Origin: Cenococcum geophilum
Lineage: Eukaryota
Assembly (NCBI GenBank): GCA_050273025.1
Contig: CP158635.1
Location: 16,678,001-16,742,000 of the forward strand
Reading direction: 5' to 3'
Length of the DNA: 64,000 nt
The translations under genes were made by a program, and so were the position numbers. Position 1 is the first letter of the stretch. Every line of letters starts with the position of its first letter. The notes under the pieces were generated by a model that was given only the letters and a program-made list of their open reading frames with translations, made no database searches and was not told where the DNA came from. Shown one piece after another: positions 1 through 12,910 of the stretch.

Positions 1-3000
1 GCGTCCATAATACTATCTCCCTCCTCTTTATCTTCGTCCTTAAAGATTCCTAATATTTTTAAGTTGTTTACTAGAGGTATAATATCTGTCTAATTAATTT
101 AGTTAATATCGTTACTTATAATACCTAAGGCTCCTTTATCCTCTTCTATAGTTTATTAATCTTATACTATTACTACGATACTATCTCTTAGTAAAATTAT
201 ACCGTCTCTATATTCTCGTTATTTAAAAGAGGGGTTAGTCTATATTACGCTAGCAAGTCCTTTATCTTAATAACTATCCTCTTATTTAGAGTACACTAAA
301 GCAAATATATAATTGTCCTATAATGTTTACTCTACTTCTAACGCTAAGTATGCGCGTTCTATAACTCTTAATAGTCTTTTAGTTCCCTAATTAATTTGTC
401 TTAGGGTCTTATATTTAATCTACTGCTACGCGGCTAGATAACGAGCTATTAGTCGCTTTAGCTAAACTTTATTATTTTTAGGATACTAAGAGAGAGGCCG
501 CTAATGCTTAATAATATACTCTAGACTCTCGTTTGGCTGCTTCCGCTTAGTTAATCCGTCTTAAGAAGGTGCGTAAGAAGGTGCGTTTTAAGGAGTAGAA
601 ACTTATAGAATAAGGTTTATAGGAATTAGGTAATAAAAGAACGGACTTTCCTCTAATAGAGAAGGAAATAGATCTAAGTAGTTTAGTAACTGCTCTTTTT
701 AGGTCCCCCTTAGGTAACTTATTCTTTAGCGATCCTTTTTTATTAATACTACCTAACCTAATCTCTTCTAATACTCTTATACCTTTTTTATAGCATTCTT
801 TAAATTCTCTAATAGCTTCTAGGTAGTCTTAGTGTAGCCTATCTACTTAACCTTATACTATATTTTGTTGTTAATATTCTTATAATTAACGATCTTTAAT
901 ACTTACTATTTGTCTTCTTCTTATCCTTTATACGTATCTGCTTTATAAACTAGTAGCTTAATATTCCTATATACTGGCTTTAGTATTGTAATATGCTATA
1001 TAGGGTAGATCTTTATTTTAGCTAGTAGGTTTAACTTAAACGTAACCGGTAAAATCTTCTACGTAATTTTAAAAGGTCCTAGTTTAACGTAGTCTAACTT
1101 TTTACTTAGTTGTTAACTCTTAAAATTTTTATATAGTAGCTATACTTTATCTCCCTCCTTAAGATCTAGTCCCTTAGATCTCTTAGCATTATAGTACTTT
1201 TTTATTCTTTCTTATACTTTCTTTACTAATTCCATAAGGTTTATATAAAGATTTATTAATATCTTTATTCTTTCTTTAGCTATACTACTCGTTTTCTTTA
1301 CTTGCCGTAGTAACAACAATATTCTTAGCTTATATCCGTAATTTGCCTTAAATAGTAATATACCTATTCCTTCTTAAGGTGTTATATTATATGCAAACTA
1401 TATAACTAGTAATAGTAATACCTAATTATTTTATGCGTGATTAATATAATGCCTTAGATACTGCTCTAGCGTCTAATTTAATCTTTCCGTTTAACCGTCT
1501 GTCTGCGGATAGTATGCGGTAAAAGTTACTACTTAAACTCCTTACTCTGCTAAGAATACTTTTTAGAATACTACTATAAATCTTAGATCTCTATCTAATA
1601 TAATTTTACTTAGTACTCTATATCTTATAAACACTTCTTTAATATAGATTCTAGCAATATCTTCTACTGATATTTCTTCCGTATAGGCTATAAAGTATCC
1701 CCACTTCGTAAGCTTGTCTATTATTACTAAGATTACGTTATAATCTTATCCGGTAATAGGATCTCTTAATTTTAGTAACTTAATAATAAAGTCCTATAAT
1801 ATAACCTCCTATAGTCTTTCTAGTGTTTTAATAAGTTATAGCCCTCTATACGGCTTATACCTTATTAGTTTATTCCTTTAGCAATTTAAATATTCCTTTA
1901 TAACTTTTCTAGCTATCCTTTAAATTCCGTTAATAATGTACTCCTTCTAAAGTCTTAACACTAAGCCTATAGCTCTATTATATCCTTAAGTTAGTCCCTT
2001 ATAGAAGTCTTCCATAAACTATTCTGCTATGCTTCTTAAAATATACTTCGCTTCTTAATTTTTGTATATATCCATCTATAAATCTTCTAGCTATACTTCT
2101 AGAATTCTTTATGCCTAAAAGCTTTCCAGTATCTTATAGACTTTCTCTAGTTTATTATCTTCTTAAGTTACTATAATTTTTAGATAATTATATCTAATTA
2201 ATCCGTCTATATCTTTTTGTAATAAAGCCCCCAATAGCTTTTCCTTATTTTATAGTTTAGCTTTACGGCTTAGAGCATCTGCCCGCGTATTGTCTATACC
2301 TTTAGTATACTAAATCTCGAAATAGTATTCCGTAAGTATCTCTGCCTATCTAACCTATCTTTAGTTAAGTTCCTTTATTATTAGGAATCCTATTAGGTTC
2401 TTATAATCCGTTTTAACTATAAATAGTTTCTCTATACCTTATAAGAATGCTCTCTATTCCTTTAATATTATAATTATACCTAATAACTCCTTATTATAGA
2501 TGTTATAGTTTAATTCTAGTAGTATTATCTTTCAACTATAGTATACTACTGGGTGCTATCTATTTTAATGCCTTTATATAAAGCACGTCCCTAGTATATA
2601 GTCTAATATATCTATCTTTATAACCGTCTCTAGTCCTAGTTAATAGATCTTAAGAACTGGCCCCTAGGTAAACAACTCTTTAACTTTTTTAAAGAGTTCT
2701 CTTTACTCCTCTCCCTATGCCTATAGTTCTTCTTTCTTTATTAACCTTATAAATAGCTTAATATCCTTTAACTACTACGCTATAAACCTTCTATAGTAAT
2801 TATAAAACCCTAGAAACAATCTTAACTATATAACGTTCTTTAGTTCCTACTAATTTACTATAGCCTTAATCTTCTTTAAATCTATACTAAGTTGGCCTAG
2901 TTTAATAATAAATCTAATAAAATCAGTCTTCCTAGTAAAGAACTCACATTTCTCAATTACTACTAGTATTTATTCTTCTTATAGTCTTTTTAAAACCCAT

Positions 3001-6000
3001 TTAACGTGTTCTCCGTATTCTTCCTTAGTTATTAAGTAGATAATAATATCGTTAAAATATACTATAATAAATTTATTTAAGTGTTCTTCTAATATATTAT
3101 TAATACGCTTCTAAAACGTTGCCGGTATATTTATAAGTCCAAATTATATAACTAATGGTTTATATAATCCTTCCTTTAACCTAAAGGCTGCCTTTTATTT
3201 ATTACCCTCCTTAATCCTAATCTAATAGTACGCCCATCTTAAATCTATCTTTGTGAAGATTTACGCATTACCTATCCTATCTTAGATTTTACTAATTAAG
3301 GGTAAAGGATACCTATCCTTCCTAGTAATACTGTTTAACTATCTATAGTTAATATACAGCCTTAGTTTACTATTTTTCTTTAGTATAAATAGTACTGGAT
3401 ATCCTACTAATAACTATAATAGTCTAATATATCCCTTTTATAAGTTCTCTTAGATAAACTCTTTTAATACTCTACCTTCTTCTTTGGTAAGCTTATAGAT
3501 TGGAAAAAACCTTAGACTTATCCCTAGTTCTAATTCTATCTTATAGTCCTATACTATATATTCTAACAGCTTTTTACTTTCTAATAATTATAGTTTCTTA
3601 CCATACTTATAGTATCTCTTTAGTATATAACTTAGTCCTTTTTCTATTTCTTTATAGGTTGCTCCTACTTAGTACCATACTAACTTAGCTTATTATCGCA
3701 TCTTACGGCGTTAAGTATCTCTAATATTAACCTAACCTATAATCTAATTAATCCTTAGATTATATTCCTATAACTAAGGCATACCTAATACTGCCTCGTC
3801 CTGTCCTAATAGTAGGATATTAAAAGACATCTTAATTTATCTTCCTTTAATAGTTATCTAAATAGGTCCTATTTTAAGATTAATAATCCCTCCTCTATAG
3901 GTTATTAGATCTCCTAAAATCGTAACTAATAGGTAAGGTTGCTCCTTTTATCTATAAGGTAGTCCTATTCTCTTAACTACTACTAGTAAAATATAGTTTC
4001 GCGTTACTTTACTATCTATTAGCGCTTTAAACTACTAATCTTACTAATTAATTCGTAAATTTAGGTATTGTCCTTAAATTCCTTTAAGGGTCTAAGGCTC
4101 TACCACTAGCTCCCTTTAGTTCTATAGGCCTCTACTTTTCCTAACTATTAGCTGCTTAATCCTAGTGCACTTGGCTTACTCTTTAGCTAATACCTAGTTT
4201 ACTTTTTATCTTTAATATATTATAGACACATATTCTCTAGGCATTCCCACTACTATTATCTGTCTAAGTATTCTTTTATAAGGAATCTTCCTAGTTAAAG
4301 TACTAAACTTCCTTCCTTTTAGACCTCTACTAGATGCCATCCATGTATATATTTAGCATTTTTATACTATTACTTGTCTATTATCTAGTATATCCTTATA
4401 AAGTATTTCCAATTTTTTTCCTTTGGATTCTTATATATTTTGTATATATTATCTATATACGCAATCCATAATAACGTATAATATGCTAGGTGCTTTAAGT
4501 TAACTCTTAGCTTATCTTCGTCCCTAAGTTTAAACCTTTATTATACTAATCTAAACGTTATAACTTTATTCACAGGTACTAAGATGCGTCTCTCGCTTCT
4601 CTAGTCCTCTAAACGTTCCTCTAGATCCTTTAATATTATAATTAAGGCTCCTTTAATATATATTATGGCCTTCTTTATAATTAGGTGGTTTTAGATAACT
4701 TTTTCATCTAACTATATATAGAAATCTTCCTACTTATTATTATGCCTTTATCTATACCACTTTTAGTATAGTTACTAGAGTATATACAGTCTGTCCATAA
4801 GGAAGTATCTTCTTATTACTGCGTTATAATAGCCTTTAGTATATCATTCCTTAAACCTAGTTAGAATCCCTAAATCCTCTTTATCTTCCAGTTTAGTAAG
4901 CCACTTAGCTCTTAATATGCCTGCTCTTAGTCTATTAGTAATTCTTCGTATTAGTACTCTATCCTTTATACGTCCTAATATACTAAATCTCTTATTTAGT
5001 TTCTATTCTTACTATATAATAATTCTTTACCTAAACTCTTCTATAGTTTCTTTTAGTTTACGCCTTACGCTCTAATCCTTAAAGTTATCTTACTTCTTAA
5101 TCCTAGTATTAACTTTTTAATCTTTAATCCGAACACTTTATTTAACTAGTAAATCCTCTAGGTCTATATATTCGTCTCCTAGTCTAATTACTGTTTATAC
5201 TATAGATTCTTTAATCTATAAAGAAGCTCCTTGCTTCTTATCTATAGGTATCCTAATTTATACCCCGAATTCTTAACCCCTTAGGTTCTTTAATCCCAAG
5301 CTTACTTCTAACTTAAGCTTAGCTCTAGCCTTAGTCCAACTAGGCTTACTTAGTATTCTTATCTTATCTTAAGAGTCTTAAATCTCACTTATCTCGTCTT
5401 AAGAATCTTATACCTATAGGAACTTCCGTCCTAAGCTTATTTATATATTTTTAAATTAAGCTACTACTCTACTCTATTAGTTATCGTCTATTATAGGTCC
5501 TTAAGCTTACCTTATCTCGTTTTAAGAATCTTAGTTATCTCTTATCTCGCTATAAGAATCTTAAGCCTTTAGCCTTTTACCTTTATTAAGTGCTAAAGTA
5601 GTTCGCTATCCTACTTCTCTTACATCTTATAAAGCGATAGATATTATATCTAGTGGGGTTTCAATCCCTACTAATGTTCCCTATTCTATAGTGGAATTAT
5701 CCTCTACCTTTAGTATAATATCTCTAAGGTCTACTCGCTCCTAGTAAGCGGCCCTTATTACCTTATTATTATAGAATATTTCGCCTAGGTTAAATTTATC
5801 GTCCTTAATATCCAATCTATAAACTAGTTCATTAGTTCCTCTATATCCTATAGGTACTAGCTCTTATAGCCAATAGCTTACGCCATACTTAGCGTCCTTA
5901 TAAATTTAGTATACGTTATTATAACAAAACGTAAAACTTTTAATTAAACATTCTTTTATTCCTTATAGCATATTATTGTCCCTTTATATATATATATCGT

Positions 6001-7559
6001 CTACTAGTCTTATACCTTTTACTATATAGTAACTCTACCCACTTTTATAGTCTCTAACGTAATAACCCTATTTTCCGTAATTTATATAAGCTCCTTCTTT
6101 AAACCATTTCTCTTGCTATAGAGTCTACCTAAATGTCTTCTACTATTAAGATCCCTAATTCAGCCTCTACTCCTTAAACCTTTAATTATTTAATTCTTAT
6201 CCTTTAGGTTTCTATAGTTTGCTCCATTTCTTATAGGTTTCTTTAATGCTACTTAGGTCTATTAGCTCTACGCCATACTATAGTTTCTAACTTAGCTTTT
6301 ATCATTATATACTTTACGCCTTATACAACTATAGAACTCTATCCTAGCCTCTCTTAGTTTATTCCCTTTAGTAGATCTAATTATTAATCTTAATCGCCTA
6401 ATCTATTAGTTCCCTTAGGGTATCCGTATCTTCTATTAGAATAATCGCGTCCTAGACTTTAGCCTTAAGTCCCTATTTATACTATACTATAAGCGCCCTA
6501 TTATTCCACTTTACTTATATTGCTAGTATCTAGAACTATATTATATACTTAATTACTAAAGTTCATTATATAAGGTTCTAGAGTTTTTTTTTTACTATAA
6601 TTATTTCTTCTGGGTCTTTAAATATCTGCGTAAGTCGTTTTATAAATCCTTCCTAACTTAAGAATATAAATCGCATATCTTAGTTAGTGGTCGTTATTCC
6701 GTTTACCTATATCTCCATAAGGTAAGGTTTAAACTACTTAAGTACTTTTCCTAATAAGAATAGTCCTACGTAGGCTATCCAATCCACAGATATAGGTAAC
6801 TTTACTCCCTTTTATAAGACCTTAAAGTACATCTGCGTAAGGAATCCTTTAAGCTTTAACCTCTCTTCTATAAATCTCTTAATTAATAGTAGCTTAATCT
6901 TTACTGCTCCTATCCCATTAAGTCTTTTTTTTAATACTATATTATTAGCTATTAGCTAGTTAACTATTTCCTATAGCTATTTAACCGTTACAGGTTACTA
7001 TAAGTTAGTATCTACCATACTAGTATTACCTCCTGTCCCTAAAGTAGTTGCTGCCGTTAATAGCATTATAGTAGCTGCTTTTGGTGGCATATTGTTTAAC
7101 TTCTTATATTAATACTATAACTAGGTAGTAATTATATAACGGAACCTTATAGCAAGAACTACAATGGGCTTATTATTGGGCTAGGTATATAGGAAATATA
7201 AATATAAAAGTTAACAACGTAATAATAACTGGTAGAGTAGTTGCCTAATAGATTAACTCTAATTATATTCTAAGAATTACTATAAGGAAAGGAACTATCT
7301 AGGTAGGGACTGTGGTCCTTTAAATACACATCCGTACTCCTAAGAAAGTCGTTACTCTATCTACTCTATCTGCTCTATTTACTCTGTCGTAGATTATACA
7401 GATTATATAGATTATATAGATTACATCACGTAACCTAATTACTATTCCTCATCACATGGTTCTATTGGCTCCATCCTAGACTATGCCTAAATTAACCAAC
7501 TAGCTTCTTCCGTCTCTTCTCTAAGTAGTTATAACATCGTACTTAAAGCGTCCGTAACA
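1..7559 (-). mobile_element. Ty3/Gypsy chromovirus family A, copy A1 (RIP-degenerate; 3' LTR runs off the window start)
   Basis: Last 12 bp of the 3' LTR at 1-12, PPT (rc AGAGGAGGGAGATAG) 13-27, 5' LTR 7135-7559. Gag ATG at 7090 (MPPKAAT...). PR-RT-RH-IN-chromo colinear with A3-A6. The right flank resumes inside the gag region of A2, so A1 is nested in A2. Confidence 0.95.
7135..7559 (-). repeat. 5' LTR of A1 (425 bp), U3 type with 9-bp tandem repeats
   Basis: T(G>A)TAACGGAACC...GCGTCCGTAACA termini. Four ACTCTATCT-like and four AGATTATAC-like units at ~7354-7427. Confidence 0.95.
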
Positions 7560-10500
7560 ATCTAGCGTATTGGGACGTATAAGGGATAGAGTACTAGTAC
7601 GAAGAATTACTAATAGGCCTAAAGTAGGCACACTAAGAGCTAAGTGGCTTACCGAACTGGAAAATGAAGAGGATTTAGGGATCCTAACTAGGTTTAAAGA
7701 ACGATATACTAAAGGTTATTATAACGTAGTAATAAGAAGATACTTCCTTACGGATAAGCCGTATATACTCTAGCAGCTATACTAAAAGTGATATAGGTAA
7801 AGGCATAATAATAAGTAGGAAGATTTCTATATATAGCTAGATAAAAAGGGTATCTAAGACCACCCAATTATGGAAAAGGCTATAAATCACATTAAAGGGG
7901 CCTTAATTATGACATTAAAGGATCTAAAGAAGCGAGAGACATATTTTAGTACTTATAAATAAAGTTATAACGTTCAGATTAGCACGGTAGAGGTTTAAAC
8001 TTAAGGATAAAGATAAGCTAAGAGTTGACCTAAGACACTAAGCATACTATATATTAGTATAGATTGCATACGTAGATAATACGTATAATATACACAAAGC
8101 ACCTAAGGATAAGCATTGGAAATACCCTATAAGAATATATTAGTTAGCAAAAGAATAAAAGTACCGAAATACTAAGTATATATATAGCTGGCATCTAGTA
8201 GAAGTTTAGGAGTTAGGCGACTTAATACTTTAGCTAAAAAGATTCCTTACGGAAGAATACCTAGACGGATAATAGTGGTGGGAATACCTAAAGAATATAT
8301 ATCTATAGCACATTAAAGATAAAAAGCGAACTAAGTATTGGCCTAAGTTAGACTAAGTATAAATAGGATTAAGCAGCTAATAGTTAGGAAAAGTAGAGGC
8401 CTATAAAACTAAAGGGAACCAGTAGTAGAGCCTTAGACCCTTAAAGGAATTAAAAAACAACACCTAAATTTATAAGTTAAGTAGTAAAATTAATAGTTTA
8501 AGGTATTAATAGATAGTGGAGCAATAAGGAACTATATCTCGCTAACAGCAGTTAAAAGGATAGGTTTACCGCACAGGAAAAAGGAGCATCCTTACCTATT
8601 AGTAATAATTTTAGGAGATCTAATAACCTATAGAGGAGGGATTATTAATCTAGAAATAGGACCTATTTAGTTAACTATTAAAGGGAGATAGATTAAGATA
8701 TCTTTCGATATATTACTATTAGGAAATAATAAGGCAGTATTAGGGATGCCTTAGTTACAGAAATATAATCTAAGGATTAATTAGGTTATAGGCCAGGTCG
8801 ATATTAGAGATACTTAATAATATAAAATGCAACAATAAGTTAAGTTAGTATGGTACTAAGTAGAAGCGACCTACGAGGAAACGGAAAAAGGACTAAGTTA
8901 TATACTAAAAAGATACTATAAGTATAGTAAGAAACTATAGTCACTAGAAAGTAAAAAGCTGTTAAAGTATATAGTATAGGACTATAAGATAGAATTAGAA
9001 CCAAAAATAAGTCTAAAGTTCTTTTTAATCTATAAGCTTACCGAAGAAGAAGGTAGAGTATTAAAAGAGTTTATCTAAGAAAACCTATAAAAGGGATATA
9101 TTAAACCATCGCAGTCATTAGCGGGTTATTTAGTACTATTTATACTAAAGAAAAATAGTAAGCTAAGATTATGCATTAACTATAAATAGTTAAATAGCAT
9201 TACTTAAAAGGATAGGTATTCTTTACCCTTAATTAACAAAATCTAAGATAGGATAGGCAACGCGCAAATCTTTATAAAGATAGATCTGAGATAGGTATAC
9301 TATTAGATTAGAATTAAGGAAGAAGGTAGCCTTTAGGTTAAAAGAAGGACTATATAAACTATTAGTTATACAATTTAGACTTATAAACGCACTAGCAACA
9401 TTTTAAAAGCAGATTAATAATGTATTAGGAGAACACTTAGATAAATTTATTATAGCATATTTCGATAATATTATTATCTACTTAATAACTAAGGAAGAAT
9501 ATAGAAAACACGTTAAATAGGTCTTAAAGAGACTATAGAAAGAATAGATGCTAGTAGCAATTAAGAAATACGAGTTCTTTACTAGGAAGACCAATTTTAT
9601 TAAATTTATTATTAAACTAGGCCAACTTAGTATAGATCTAAAGAAGATTAAGGCTATAGTAAATTAGCAAGAACTAGAGAATGTTATATAGTTAAGATTA
9701 TTCCTAGGGTTTTGCAACTACTATAGAAGGTTTATAGTATAATAGTTAAAGGATATTAAACTATTTACGTGATTAATAAAGAAAGAAAAACTATAGGCAT
9801 AGGGAGAGGAATAGTAAGAACTCTTTAGGAAAGTTAAGGAGTTGTTTACCTAAGAGCCAGTTCTAAAGATCTATTAACTAGGACTAGAAACGGTTATAAA
9901 GATAGACGTATTAGATTATATACTAGGAGCATACTTTATATAAAAGTATCTAGATAGATAGCATCTAGTAGTATACTATAGTTAGAAGATAACACTACTA
10001 GAGTTAAACTATAACATCTATAATAAGGAGTTATTAGGTATAGTTATAGTACTAAAGAAATAAAGAGCATTCTTATAAGGCATAGAAAAACTATTTATAG
10101 TTAAAATAGATTATAAGAACCTAATAGAATTCCTAATAATAAAAGAACTTAACCAAAGATAGGTTAGATAGGCAGAAATGCTTACGAAATACTATTTTAA
10201 GATTTAGTATACTAAAGGTATAGACAATATACAAGCAAATGCTCTAAGTTAAAAGGCTAAACTATAAAATAATAAGAAGCTATTAGGGGCTTTACTACGA
10301 AAAGATATAGACGAATTAATTAGGTATAATTATCCGAAAATCGCAGCAACTTAAGAAGATAAGGAATTAGGAAAAGTCTAAGAGACGCTAGAAAGCTTTT
10401 AGGCATAAAGAATTCTAGAAGTATAACTAGAAGATCTATAGACGGATATATACAAAAGTTAAGAAGCGATATATATCCTAAAAAGCATAGCAGAGCAATT

Positions 10501-12910
10501 TATGGAAGAATTCTATAAAGGATTAACTTAAGGATATAACGGAGCTACGGGCTTAGTATTAAGACTCCAGAAGGAATACATTATTAATGGAATCTAGGGC
10601 TTAGCGCGAAAAGTTATAAAAAAACATCTAAATTACTAAAGGAATAAACTAACAAGGTATAAGCCATATAAAGAGCTACAACCTATTAAAATACTAGAGA
10701 GACTATAGGAAGTTATATTATAGAACTTTATTATTAAATTACTAAGGTTAAGAGATCCTATTACTAGATAAGATTATAACGCAATTTTAGTAATAGTAGA
10801 TAAGCTTATAAAGTAGGGATACTTTATAGCATGCACAAAAGAAATCTTAGCGGAAGATATCGCTAGAATCTATATTAAAGAAGTATTTATAAGATATAGA
10901 GCACTAAGTAAAATTATATTAGATAGAGATCTAAGATTTATAGCAGTATTTTAGGAGGTATTCTTAGCGGAATAAGGAGTTAAAGTAGTAACTTCTACCA
11001 CATATTATCTGCAGACAGATAGTTAAATAGAAAGATTAAATTAGACACTAGAGCAATATCTAAGGTATTATATTAATTATATATAGAACAATTGGGTATT
11101 ACTATTACTAGTTATATAGCTTACATATAATATAACACTATAAGAAGAAATAGGTACGTTACTATTTAAGGCAAATTATAGATATAAGCTAAGAACATTA
11201 TTATTACTACGGTAAATAAAGAAAATAAGTAGTATAGCTAAAGAAAGAATAAAGACGTTAATAAATCTTTATATAGACCTTATAAAATTAGTAAAGAAAG
11301 TATAAAAGAGAATAAAAAAGTACTATAATGCTAGGAGATCTAAGGGACTAGATCTTAAGGAGGGAGATAAAGTATAGCTACTATATAAAAATTTTAAGAG
11401 TCGACAATTAAGTAAGAAGTTAGACTATGTTAGATTAGGACCTTTTAAAATTATATAGAAAATTTTATTAGTTATATTTAAGTTAAACCTACTAGCTAAG
11501 ATAAAGATCTACCCTATATAGTATATCGCAATATTAGAGCCAGTATATAGGAATATTAAGCTACTAGTTTATAAAGTAGACATATATAGAGGACAGGAAG
11601 AAGATAAATAGCAAGTTTTAAAGATTATTAGTTATAAGGACATTAACAATAAAATATAGTATAAAGTTAAGTAAATAGGCTATACTAAGACTACCTAGGA
11701 GCTACTAGAGAATTTAAAAAATATTATAGGAAAGGTATAGGAGTATCGGAAGAGATTAGGTTAGGTAGTATTAATAAAAAAGGATTACTAAAAAACGAGT
11801 TACCTAAGGGGGACCTAAGAAGAGTAGTTGCTGAACTACTTAGATCTATTTTCTTCTTAGTTAAAAGAGAATCCGTTCTTTTATTACCTAGTTCCTATAA
11901 ACCCTATTTTATAAGCTTCTACTCCTTAAAATAAACCTTCTTATAAACCTTCTTAAGACAAAGCAGTTAAGTAGACGCCGCAATATAAGTATTTAGGGCC
12001 TTCTGTTCCGCGTTATAAGAATATTCTAACTTAGTAAGGGCTTAAGACAGTTTACTATCTAGCCGCGTAGTAATAGATTAAATATAAGACCCTAAGACAA
12101 ATTAATTAGGGAACTAGACGACTATTAAGAGTAATAGGTCGCGTATATTTAGCATTAAAGGTAGAGCAAACATTATAAAATAAACGAATATTTACTTTAA
12201 TGCACTCTAAGTAAGAAAACGGTTATCGCGAAGATAGGTTTGCTAACGCAATATAAACTAACCCCTTTTTTAAACAGTAAGAATATAGAGACGGCATAAT
12301 CTTACTAAGAGATAATATTGCAGCAATAGTGTGAGCACAACGTTGGGCGTATAAAGAAGAAATTGCTTTAGGTATAATAAGTAATAATATTAACCAAATT
12401 AATTAGATGGATATTATACCTCTAGTAAACGACTTAGAGATATTAGGAATCTTTAAGGATAAAGATAAAGAGGAGGGAGATAGTATTACGGACGCTTTAA
12501 GTACAATATTATAACTACTTAGAGAGGAGTTGGAAGAAGCTAGTTAATTAATCTAGGTATAGTTTAGGATAGAGCTAATAGAGCTATATAACGAGGAATA
12601 ATAACTAAGGTTATATAATATGCTATATATTAAACAAGAGGAATAAAAGGAACTTACGTACCTTATATATAAGACGTATATTATATATAAAAAGGATTTT
12701 ATAGAAGTACGGGTGTGTATTTAAGGACCCTTAGTCCCTACCTAGATAGTTCCTTCCTTGTAGTAATTCTTAGAATATAATTAGAGTTAATCTATTAGGC
12801 AACCACTCCATTAGTTATTATTCCGTTATTAACTTCTTGTACTTGCATTTCCTACACACCTAGCCCAATAATAGGACCCACCGTAGTTCTTGCTACAAGG
12901 TTCCGTTACA
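7560..12910 (+). mobile_element. Gypsy family A, copy A2 (3' two-thirds; 5' part lies upstream of the window)
   Basis: Gag extension, protease LIDSGA ~8505-8525, RT YFDD-like ~9458, RH, IN, chromodomain ~11600-11760. PPT to 12483, 3' LTR 12484-12910 ending GTTCCGTTACA. An ~11-bp deletion in RT at ~9322 relative to A5. Confidence 0.95.

Noticed and set aside
3500..3688. 62-aa hydrophobic ORF (also 20862-21050)
   Set aside because: Antisense to gag/pol of family A; the L/I/Y-rich composition is a RIP artefact.
7354..7427. Short tandem repeats as CRISPR or telomeric repeats
   Set aside because: Spacerless 9-bp units inside LTR U3; no TTAGGG array and no cas genes.
7570..7773. 67-aa ORF as an independent gene
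   Set aside because: Stop-free fragment of the A2 Gag extension.
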